From assembly GCA_037445395.1 (NCBI GenBank), contig JBBIKR010000027.1, positions 1 to 38,076 of the forward strand: 38,076 nt of DNA, in the 5' to 3' direction. Position 1 is the first letter of the stretch. The number at the start of each line of letters is the position of its first letter. Shown one piece after another: positions 10,522 through 18,324 of the stretch. Both the position numbers and the translations under genes were made by a program. The notes under the pieces are model-generated. The model was not told the origin of the DNA. It saw only the letters and a list, made by a program, of their open reading frames with translations, and made no database searches. This DNA comes from Thermoflexales bacterium (lineage in GTDB: Bacteria > Chloroflexota > Anaerolineae > B4-G1 > DUEL01).

Positions 10522-11628
10522 CTACGTGCGTTTTTTTTTCTCCTGGGGGACCTCCTCGTCAACGACTTCCTCTGCCAGCGACGGCTCCTTTTGGGCAACC
10601 TGGACGCGGGCCTCGGCCAGCCGTTCCTCCAGATTATCCAGCGTCGCCTCTACCGGCTGGAGAGGGTGGCGCCGGAGGCGGTGGGGCAGGGCCAGTTCGG
10701 CGGCCAGGAGGATGTCCCGGTCGGTGATGCGGGTGCGGCCCTCAAAGGCGGCGTTGGCCCGGGCCGTCTTCAGGATGACCATATCGGGCCGGTGGCCGTC
10801 CACCCGCATCTCGGCCATCATCGCCGCGATGACCGCCAGGTCGCCCCGGGTATGGCGGACCTGGGGCAGGAGTTGGCGGGCGCGGGCAATCTCGCGGGAG
10901 AGGGCCTCCTCGCGCGGCCGCCATTCTTCGTAGAAGCCCTCCGGGTCGCCCTCAAAGGCCAGGTTGCGCTCCATAATGAGCATCCGCGCCGCCGGGTCGT
11001 GGACGCTGCGGATGTCCACACAGAGGGCGAAACGGTCCAGGAGTTGGGGGCGCAGGTCCCCCTCCTCCGGGTTCATCGTCCCGATGAGGATGAAACGGGC
11101 CGGGTGGCTGAAGGAGATGCCCTCCCGTTCCACCACGTTAATCCCCATCGCCGCCGCGTCCAGAAGAATATCCACCACGTGGTCGTCCAGAAGGTTGACC
11201 TCGTCAACGTAGAGGACGCCCCGGTTGGCGGCAGCCAGTACGCCCGGCTCAAAGTGGCGCTCCCCCTTCTGGATGGCCCGTTCAATATCCAGCGTGCCGA
11301 CCACCCGGTCCTCCGTCGCGCTGACGGGGAGGTCCACGAAACGGGTGCGGCGTCGGGCCCAGGGGAGGGTCTCTCCGGCGGCAGCCCGCTCCTTGCAAAG
11401 GGTGCACCAGGTGGCGGGCTGGTCCGGGTCGCAGGAGAAGGGGCAGTCGGCGACGACCTCTATCTCCGGCAACAGCGCGGCCAGGGCGCGGGCCGCGGTG
11501 GACTTGCCCGTCCCGCGCTCGCCGCGAATCAACACCCCTCCAATCTGGGGGTAGACGGCGTTCAGGACGAGCGCCCGGCGCATCAGGTCCTGGTTGACGA
11601 TTGCGGTAAAGGGAAAAATGGGCGGCAT
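10522..11628 (-). CDS. ChlI/BchI-type AAA+ chelatase ATPase subunit
   Basis: FPFTAIVNQDLMRRAL, Walker A GERGTGKST, Walker B LYVDEVNLLDDH, and the Cys-rich insert CPFSCDP...WCTLC. Confidence 0.88.
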   Translation of the reverse strand: MPPIFPFTAIVNQDLMRRALVLNAVYPQIGGVLIRGERGTGKSTAARALAALLPEIEVVADCPFSCDPDQPATWCTLCKERAAAGETLPWARRRTRFVDLPVSATEDRVVGTLDIERAIQKGERHFEPGVLAAANRGVLYVDEVNLLDDHVVDILLDAAAMGINVVEREGISFSHPARFILIGTMNPEEGDLRPQLLDRFALCVDIRSVHDPAARMLIMERNLAFEGDPEGFYEEWRPREEALSREIARARQLLPQVRHTRGDLAVIAAMMAEMRVDGHRPDMVILKTARANAAFEGRTRITDRDILLAAELALPHRLRRHPLQPVEATLDNLEERLAEARVQVAQKEPSLAEEVVDEEVPQEKKKRT

Positions 11629-11724
11629 GGTTCAGACCGTATAAAGGTTGAGATTTTCCGTTCCAATTATACCGCGCTCCGGAGAAATGGGAAATGGGAC
11701 AACGGTGTCCTGCTTCAACGATGT

Positions 11725-12987
11725 TCATCCGCGTCCGTCGGCGTTCGTGCGCGTCCCGTAGACGAGCGCGGCGTCGTACATGGCGACGATGTTTACCGGT
11801 GGGATGTCGTGCTGGAGGTCGTGGATCGGGGCGAAAACGTAGCCGCCTCCCGGCGCGAAAACGGAGAGGCGGTAGCGCACATCCGCCTCCACCTCCTCCG
11901 GGCTGGCCCAGGGAAGCAGACCCTGCACATCGCACCCGCCACCCCAGAAGACCAGACGGTCGCCGAATTCCCGCTTGAGCCTCTCCGGCTCCATGTTCAC
12001 GGCCGAGGTCTGCACCGGATTGAGGATGTCCACCCCGGCCTCTATCAGATCGGGGATTAGTTCATAAACCGAGCCGCAACTGTGGAGGAAGACGCGGGCG
12101 CGCGTACGGGTGTGGACCAGGCCATACAATTCCCGGTGATAGGGCTGAAACATCCGGCGATAGACCTCGGGCGCGATCTGCAACCCCTGCTGGGTCCCAA
12201 AATCATCCCCAAAGCCCACCACGTCCACATACTCCCCCACTGCGTCCAGGTACCGCTCCAGGTTCTCCCGAGCGGCCCGGGCCAGTTTCGCCACCAGCGC
12301 GGCGGCGAAATCCGGGTTCCGCTTCAGGTCTATCAGCCAGCGGACCCACCCCCGGGCGAACTGGGCCCCCTCAAAGAGGCTTCCTCCGAACCAGCCGACG
12401 ATGGCGTACTCCGTCTCCTCATAGAGGCGACGGGCGGTCCGATGCAGGAAGTCCAGTTCTTCTTCGGAGAGACGGGGCGGCTCCCAGCGCTCCAGGTCGG
12501 CGAGGGTGGCGTCGGCCAGGGGGGCGTCGCGGGGCACGAAGTGGTACGTCCCGGCGGCCATCCAGTGGGAGATGGAGCCATCGGCCGCGCGGATGAGGAG
12601 GTCGCCCCGGGGAGTGACTTCGGGCTCAAAGTCGGCGGAGATGAGGGCGGGGGAGCCGTCGGGGAGGCGCCAGGGCTTCCAGCGGGTGTTGCGGACGCCG
12701 GGGAGCGGTTCCAGGACGGGCAGGCCAATCACGTCCACTCCGAAGCGGCGGCGGACCGGTTCCTCCACCTCGGCCAGTTGGAGGAGAATATCGGCCACGC
12801 GCACGGGCTCCCCGTCCATCCCCAGGTACTGCTTCAGGCGCGCGTAGGCAACGGCGCTGATGCCGGTGACGGGTGTCCCGCCCAGGTCTATGGGCACCCG
12901 GTCCGGCTCGCGATGGGAAAGGGCAGTACGCACACGCTCGCGGGAGTTCACGGCAAGAAGACTCCTGGCCTGTAATGACTGCTTCAC
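11725..12987 (-). CDS. Uroporphyrinogen decarboxylase (URO-D) family protein, MtaA/CmuA-like, function unknown
   Basis: 420 aa with N-terminal RERVRTALSHREPDRVP and FLHSCGSVYELIPDLIEAGVDILNPVQ, typical of the URO-D fold. GTG start. Confidence 0.75.
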   Translation of the reverse strand: MKQSLQARSLLAVNSRERVRTALSHREPDRVPIDLGGTPVTGISAVAYARLKQYLGMDGEPVRVADILLQLAEVEEPVRRRFGVDVIGLPVLEPLPGVRNTRWKPWRLPDGSPALISADFEPEVTPRGDLLIRAADGSISHWMAAGTYHFVPRDAPLADATLADLERWEPPRLSEEELDFLHRTARRLYEETEYAIVGWFGGSLFEGAQFARGWVRWLIDLKRNPDFAAALVAKLARAARENLERYLDAVGEYVDVVGFGDDFGTQQGLQIAPEVYRRMFQPYHRELYGLVHTRTRARVFLHSCGSVYELIPDLIEAGVDILNPVQTSAVNMEPERLKREFGDRLVFWGGGCDVQGLLPWASPEEVEADVRYRLSVFAPGGGYVFAPIHDLQHDIPPVNIVAMYDAALVYGTRTNADGRG

Positions 12988-12998
12988 CGCACCGATCT

Positions 12999-13041
12999 AT
13001 GGGGTTCTGCGGGCGGGCTACGCCCGCCCGCAGAACCCCAT
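12999..13041. repeat. GGGGTTYTGCGG hairpin repeat (20-bp stem, 3-nt loop)
   Basis: atggggttctgcgggcgggc-tac-gcccgcccgcagaaccccat followed by TTTTT. It lies in the divergent URO-D/comM intergenic region. Confidence 0.8.
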
Positions 13042-13132
13042 ACCCTTTTTCCAAACATGCCCTCAAAGTGTACCACGAACCAGGGAGCATTGCAATCCCT
13101 TCTGCTGGGATGAGCGCGCAGTTTTGTCCCAC

Positions 13133-13161
13133 TTGCCCCATCCTCTTGCATGTGGTAAACT
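13133..13161 (+). promoter_or_regulatory. Candidate sigma70-type promoter for comM
   Basis: TTGCCC, 17 nt spacer, TAAACT, about 34 nt upstream of ATG 13195. Confidence 0.35.
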
Positions 13162-13194
13162 TATCCTGCATCCAGCAAAGGGTGGGAGAAGAGC

Positions 13195-14712
13195 ATGCTG
13201 GCGAAAGTCACCAGTTGCGCCCTCATTGGCCTGGAAGGGATCCTGGTCCAGGTAGAAGTGGATGTCGCCCACGGCATGCCCTCCCTCACCATCGTCGGGC
13301 TGCCGGATACCGCCGTCAAGGAGTCCATAGAGCGGGTGCGGACGGCCCTCCGCAATACCGGCCTGCGCTTCCCCAACACGCGGCTGACCATCAACCTGGC
13401 CCCCGCCGACATCCGCAAAGAGGGCCCCATCTACGACCTGCCCATCGCTGTGGGCATCCTGGTCGCCTCGGAACAGGTCTGGCCCCAGGAAGTGGAGGGC
13501 GCCCTGTTCATCGGCGAACTCTCGCTGGACGGCTCCGTCCGCCATATCCCCGGCGTCCTGCCCATCGCCGCACTGGCCCGCCAGGAGGGGCTGCGGCGGC
13601 TCTTCGTCCCGGCAGCCGACGCGCCAGAGGCGGCACTGGTGGACGGGCTGGAGGTCTATCCGGTGGAGAACCTGGGCCAACTGGCGGCCCATCTGCAGGG
13701 CCTGGTGCGCATCTCGCCCTACTGTCCATCCGAGGACCCGACCGCCCAGCCCCCACCGGCCTACGCGGCGGATTTCGCCGACATCCGGGGCCAGGAGCAC
13801 GTCAAACGGGCGCTGGAGGTCGCCGCGGCCGGCGGCCACAACGTCCTGATGGTCGGGCCGCCCGGCGCGGGGAAGACCCTGCTGGCCCGCTCCGTCCCGT
13901 CCATCCTGCCGACGATGACGCTGGAGGAGGCGCTGGAGGTGACCAAAATCTACAGTGTGGCGGGTCTCCTGCCGCCGGATACGCCGCTGGTCCGCCACCG
14001 CCCCTTCCGGGCTCCCCACCACACCATCAGTTATCCGGGGCTGGTCGGCGGCGGCCACTGGCCCCGTCCGGGCGAAATCTCCCTGGCCCATCGGGGCGTC
14101 CTGTTCCTGGACGAACTGCCGGAGTTCAACCCGCACACCCTGGAGGCACTCCGTCAGCCGATGGAGGACGGCATCGTCTCCATCGCCCGCTCCACCGGGA
14201 CCCTGATCTTTCCCAGCCGCTTTATGCTCATCGCGGCGATGAATCCCTGCCCCTGCGGCTACTACGGCGACCCGGTGCGGGAGTGCACCTGCAGTTCGGC
14301 CGCCATCGCCCGCTACCAGAAGCGCATCTCGGGGCCGCTGCTGGACCGGATAGACATCCACGTGGAGGTCCCCCGGGTGGACTATAACAAACTGACGGAC
14401 GACCGACGGGGAGAGCCCTCGGCGGCCATCCGGGAACGGGTGGAGCGGGCACGGGAAATGCAACGGCGCCGCTTTGCGGGCACCCCGCTGACCTGCAACG
14501 CCGACATGGGCCCGACGGATGTCCGGGAGTACTGTCGGCTGGATGAGAGCGGGCGGGCGCTGGTGCGGGCGGCGATGCAGCAACTGCAGATGAGTGCGCG
14601 CGCCTTTCACCGCATCCTCAAACTGGCCCGCACCATCGCAGACCTGGCCGGCAGCGAGCGGATAGAGACGGCCCACCTGGCGGAGGCGATTCAGTACCGG
14701 CCCAGAAAGTGA
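13195..14712 (+). CDS. comM: YifB/ComM-family Mg-chelatase-like AAA+ ATPase
   Basis: 505 aa. N-terminal Lon-like domain (ALIGLEGILVQVEVDV..GLPDTAVKES), Walker A GPPGAGKT, Walker B LFLDELPEF and a C-terminal ComM domain. Confidence 0.93.
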   Translation: MLAKVTSCALIGLEGILVQVEVDVAHGMPSLTIVGLPDTAVKESIERVRTALRNTGLRFPNTRLTINLAPADIRKEGPIYDLPIAVGILVASEQVWPQEVEGALFIGELSLDGSVRHIPGVLPIAALARQEGLRRLFVPAADAPEAALVDGLEVYPVENLGQLAAHLQGLVRISPYCPSEDPTAQPPPAYAADFADIRGQEHVKRALEVAAAGGHNVLMVGPPGAGKTLLARSVPSILPTMTLEEALEVTKIYSVAGLLPPDTPLVRHRPFRAPHHTISYPGLVGGGHWPRPGEISLAHRGVLFLDELPEFNPHTLEALRQPMEDGIVSIARSTGTLIFPSRFMLIAAMNPCPCGYYGDPVRECTCSSAAIARYQKRISGPLLDRIDIHVEVPRVDYNKLTDDRRGEPSAAIRERVERAREMQRRRFAGTPLTCNADMGPTDVREYCRLDESGRALVRAAMQQLQMSARAFHRILKLARTIADLAGSERIETAHLAEAIQYRPRK

Positions 14713-14721
14713 TGGAGAGCG

Positions 14722-14994
14722 ATGGACAAACCGTTATACCGCTGGGCATACGAACAATATCGGTGCTGGAACGAGGCCAGGGAAAGGGAGCGCGCCCGCA
14801 GCGCAGGCCGTCTCTCCCCCGAAGAGGCCTGGAGGCGGTACGTGGAGTTGGTGGAGTTCTGCTGGAAGTTGTGCCCCCAGCAGAGCGAGGCTCAACGGCG
14901 GGAGAAACTGGCCGCGCTGGAACGCTATTATGAGAGTGTCCGCCGGATGGAGGCCTGGAGACAATCCCGTGGAAAAACGATTGATTGCCCGTAG
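14722..14994 (+). CDS. Hypothetical small protein (90 aa)
   Basis: ATG with GGAGAG RBS, 9 nt after the comM stop. Helical, Arg/Glu/Trp-rich sequence. I recognise no family. Confidence 0.5.
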   Translation: MDKPLYRWAYEQYRCWNEARERERARSAGRLSPEEAWRRYVELVEFCWKLCPQQSEAQRREKLAALERYYESVRRMEAWRQSRGKTIDCP

Positions 14995-15068
14995 CGAGGC
15001 GGACGGACGGGAGAAAAGGCTGATCGGTATGGCTGGTATGTCCCCCGGCGAAGGAGGGGTGAAGAGGG

Positions 15069-16073
15069 ATGGAACAGTTTTACGGACTCACGGCTGAAAT
15101 GTATCGGGCGGTGGTCGCCCTGGTGGACGACCGGATGAAGGAGATTCGGGTCACGCGCCAGCACTTTGACCGGCTGGTGAAGGCGCTGGCGCGCACCGAG
15201 GAGCAGTTAAAGGAACTGGTCGCCGCCCAGGCGCGCACGGAAGCGGAACTGCAGGAGTACCGCCGTCAATCCGAGGAGCGGTTCGCCCGCATAGAGGCCG
15301 CGCTGGGGCGGCTGACCGAAGCCCAGGCGCGCACGGAGGAGGAGTTCCGGGAGTACCGCCGCCAATCCGAGGAGCGGTTCGCCCGCATAGAGGCCACGCT
15401 GGAGCGGCTGGCCGAAGCCCAGGCGCACACGGAGGCCCGGGTGCGGGAACTGACGGAAGCCCAGGCGCGCATGGAGGTCGCCATCCAGGAACTGCGGGAT
15501 GCCCAGGCGCGTACCGAGGCCCAGGTGCGGGAACTGGCTGAAGCCCAGGCGCGTACCGAGGCCCAGTTGCAGGACCTGATCCGGGTGGTGGACCGGATGA
15601 ACGATGTGCTGTCCGACGTCCGGGGCAAGCAACTGGAACTTACCTACCAGCGGCGGGCAGCAGCCTATTTCGGCCCTCTCCTGCGGCGACTGCGCGTCCT
15701 CTCGCCCGTTGATATAGAGGACGACCTGGAAGCTCACCTCTCCGCGGAGGAATTCCGGGACCTGGTGGAAGTGGACCTGCTGGTTACCGGCCAACCCCGA
15801 CGTATGCCGGAGGCGCCGCAGGTCTGGCTGGCCGTGGAGGTATCGGCAGTGATTGACCGGCACGACGTGGAGCGGGCCCGGCGGCGGGCGGCGCTTCTGC
15901 GTCGGGCCGGCCTGCGAGCCATCCCTGCTGTGGCCGGAGAACGCATCACGGCGGGAGCCAGAGAAGAGGCGCTGGCGCAGAACGTGCTGGTCATTCAGGA
16001 TGGACGAGCATCCTTCTGGGAAGAAGCACTGGCAGAGGCTCTGAACCCCGCACCGGCCGGCAGCGCAGCGTAA
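15069..16073 (+). CDS. Coiled-coil tandem-repeat protein with a C-terminal PD-(D/E)XK-like module (putative)
   Basis: Six AQARTE-initiated repeats (2 x 32 aa, then 4 x 14 aa). The C-terminus has EVDLLV...WLAVEVSAVIDRHDVERARRRA, which resembles a restriction-endonuclease-fold core. That fold assignment is inference. Confidence 0.6.
   Translation: MEQFYGLTAEMYRAVVALVDDRMKEIRVTRQHFDRLVKALARTEEQLKELVAAQARTEAELQEYRRQSEERFARIEAALGRLTEAQARTEEEFREYRRQSEERFARIEATLERLAEAQAHTEARVRELTEAQARMEVAIQELRDAQARTEAQVRELAEAQARTEAQLQDLIRVVDRMNDVLSDVRGKQLELTYQRRAAAYFGPLLRRLRVLSPVDIEDDLEAHLSAEEFRDLVEVDLLVTGQPRRMPEAPQVWLAVEVSAVIDRHDVERARRRAALLRRAGLRAIPAVAGERITAGAREEALAQNVLVIQDGRASFWEEALAEALNPAPAGSAA
15225..15584 (+). 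repeat. Intragenic tandem repeats (2 x 96 bp, then about 4 x 42 bp)
   Basis: gcccaggcgcgcacgga recurs at codons 53, 85, 117, 131, 145 and 159 of the 15069 gene. The two 96-bp units are near-identical. Confidence 0.85.
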
Positions 16074-16117
16074 ACGCATTACCTGTGACGATGAACCATT
16101 CATAAGGAGAGGCCACC

Positions 16118-18268
16118 ATGACCGATCAAACCCAACCCATTCGTCGCGTTCTGGCCGAATACACCTACACCGTCCCGCCTGTGGAGCGGGGCTACACCGG
16201 GCAGACCCTCTACGTCAACCTGTCCGATTACACCATCGCCGCCAAACCGGTCACCGAGGAGATGAAGGAGAAGTTCATCGGCGGCCGGGGCTTCGGCCTC
16301 TGGCTTCTCTGGCACGGAACCCGCGACGACACGAAGTGGAACGACCCCGAGAACGAAATCATCATCTCCTCCGGCCCCATCGGCGGCATCACCCAGTACC
16401 CCGGCTCCGGCAAGTCCCTGGTCGTCACCATCTCCCCTCTCACCGACATCCCCATAGACTCCAACGTCGGCGGCCACTTCGGCCCCCTCCTCAAGTTCGC
16501 CGGGTGGGACGCCATAGAAATCCAGGGCAAGGCCGACCGGGAAGTCATCGTCGTCATTGACGGGCAGCAGGGACGCATCACCATAGAAGAGGCCCCCGAT
16601 GCCCCGGTGGATACCCACCTCATCGGCGAGTGGCTCATCCGGCAGATGGCGGAAAAGGAAGAGGACCGCTACTTTATGTCCGCCGTCTCTGCCGGACAGG
16701 GGGCCGAACATACCCGTATCGGCTGTCTCAACTTCGCCTTCTACGACCGCCGCCGGGGCGCGTTCCGCTTCAAGCAGGCCGGTCGGGGCGGCACCGGCAC
16801 CGTCTTCCGGGATAAGCACCTCAAGGCCCTGGTGGTCAAGAGTCCGCCCGTCCGCGCCGACTCCGTCCACCCCGCCGACCCGGAGCGCATCGCCCGCGCC
16901 GGTATGCGCCTGCACAAGGAGATCCACGACTACGACGATTCCCAGAACCGCATGCGCCGCCGGGGCACCACCTACCTGGTCCAGATTATGAGCGACTATG
17001 ACCTCCTCCCCGTCCACAACTTCAAATACGGCGGCCATCCCGACGCCTCCAAAATCAACGGCGACGTCTGGGAGTCCCGGTTCCGGCAGGGCCTGCCCGA
17101 CGGCTGCTGGTACGGCTGTACCATGTCCTGCTCCCACGCGGTGGACGGCTACACCGTCCGCACCGGCCCCTACAAGGGCCAGACCGTCATCGTGGACGGC
17201 CCCGAGTACGAGACGGTGGCGGGCGTCGGCTCCAACTGCGGCATCTTTGACCCCGACGCCATCCTGGAGATCAACTTCTACTGCGACACCTACGGCATAG
17301 ACACCATCTCCTTCGGCACCCTCGCCGCCTTCGTCATGGAGTGCTACGAGGCCGGCATCCTGGATAAGGAGAAGACCGGCGGGCTGGAACTCCGTTTCGG
17401 CAACGCCGACGCGGCCATAGAGATGCTCCACCAGATGGCCCGCGGCGAGGGCTTCGGCAAGATCGCCGGGCAGGGCACCCGTTTTATGAAGAAATACTTC
17501 GTGGAGCACTTCGGTGCCGACCCCCAGTTCGTCCAGGACATCGGGATGGAGGCCAAAGGGCTGGAGTACTCCGAGTACGTCTCCAAAGAGTCCCTGGCCC
17601 AGCAGGGCGGCTACGGCCTGACCAACAAAGGTCCCCAGCACGATGAGGCCTGGCTCATCTTTATGGACATGGTCAGCAACCTCCTGCCGACCTTTGAGGA
17701 CAAGGCGGAAGCCCTCCACTACTTCCCGATGTTCCGCACCTGGTTCGGGCTGGTGGGCCACTGCAAACTCCCCTGGAACGACATCATCCCGCCGGACAAC
17801 AAGTACACGCCGGAGCCGGCCAAAATCCCGGCCCACGTCCAGAACTACGTGGACCTCTTCTCCGGGGTGACGGGGAAGCAGATCACCCGCGAGGACCTCA
17901 TCACGATGTCGGAGCGGGTCTACAACTTCCAGCGGGTCTTCAACCTGCGCCGGGGCTACGGCCGTCGGGAGCACGATAATGTCCCCTACCGCTCCATGGG
18001 GCCGGTGACGGTGGAGGAGTACGAATCGCGCGCGGAGCGGTACGACAAGCAGTTGCGGGAACTCCTGGGCCTGGACCCGACGAAGATGACGACGCAGGAG
18101 AAACTGGCCGCGCTGCGAAAGTACCGGGAGGAGCAGTACGAGCGGCTGAAGGACGCCGTCTACGCCCGCCGGGGCTGGACGCGCGATGGCGTCCCCACGG
18201 TGGAGACCCTGCGGCGGCTGGGGATTGACTATCCCGACGTCGTCGCGGTGGTGCAGCGGTACCTGTAA
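16118..18268 (+). CDS. aor: Aldehyde:ferredoxin oxidoreductase family (tungstopterin enzyme)
   Basis: 716 aa. AOR N-terminal domain (YTGQTLYVNLS...FIGGRGFGLWLLW), Cys-rich cluster region DGCWYGCTMSC, and EYETVAGVGSNCGI. AAGGAGAGG RBS. Confidence 0.9.
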   Translation: MTDQTQPIRRVLAEYTYTVPPVERGYTGQTLYVNLSDYTIAAKPVTEEMKEKFIGGRGFGLWLLWHGTRDDTKWNDPENEIIISSGPIGGITQYPGSGKSLVVTISPLTDIPIDSNVGGHFGPLLKFAGWDAIEIQGKADREVIVVIDGQQGRITIEEAPDAPVDTHLIGEWLIRQMAEKEEDRYFMSAVSAGQGAEHTRIGCLNFAFYDRRRGAFRFKQAGRGGTGTVFRDKHLKALVVKSPPVRADSVHPADPERIARAGMRLHKEIHDYDDSQNRMRRRGTTYLVQIMSDYDLLPVHNFKYGGHPDASKINGDVWESRFRQGLPDGCWYGCTMSCSHAVDGYTVRTGPYKGQTVIVDGPEYETVAGVGSNCGIFDPDAILEINFYCDTYGIDTISFGTLAAFVMECYEAGILDKEKTGGLELRFGNADAAIEMLHQMARGEGFGKIAGQGTRFMKKYFVEHFGADPQFVQDIGMEAKGLEYSEYVSKESLAQQGGYGLTNKGPQHDEAWLIFMDMVSNLLPTFEDKAEALHYFPMFRTWFGLVGHCKLPWNDIIPPDNKYTPEPAKIPAHVQNYVDLFSGVTGKQITREDLITMSERVYNFQRVFNLRRGYGRREHDNVPYRSMGPVTVEEYESRAERYDKQLRELLGLDPTKMTTQEKLAALRKYREEQYERLKDAVYARRGWTRDGVPTVETLRRLGIDYPDVVAVVQRYL

Positions 18269-18274
18269 TCAACG

Positions 18275-18312
18275 GCGGGGTTTTGCGGTGGCAAGCCGCC
18301 GCAAAACCCCGC
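18275..18312 (+). terminator. GGGGTTYTGCGG-family hairpin directly after the aor stop (17-bp stem, no U-tract)
   Basis: gcggggttttgcggtgg-caag-ccgccgcaaaaccccgc starts 7 nt after TAA 18266-18268. Confidence 0.55.
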
Positions 18313-18324
18313 ACGGGCACACCG

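Noticed and set aside
12999-13050. Hairpin plus T5 tract as an intrinsic terminator.
   Set aside because: The T-tract is on the plus strand, but no plus-strand gene ends upstream of it. The neighbouring URO-D-like gene is on the minus strand and starts here. I treat it as a repeat-family member rather than a functional terminator.
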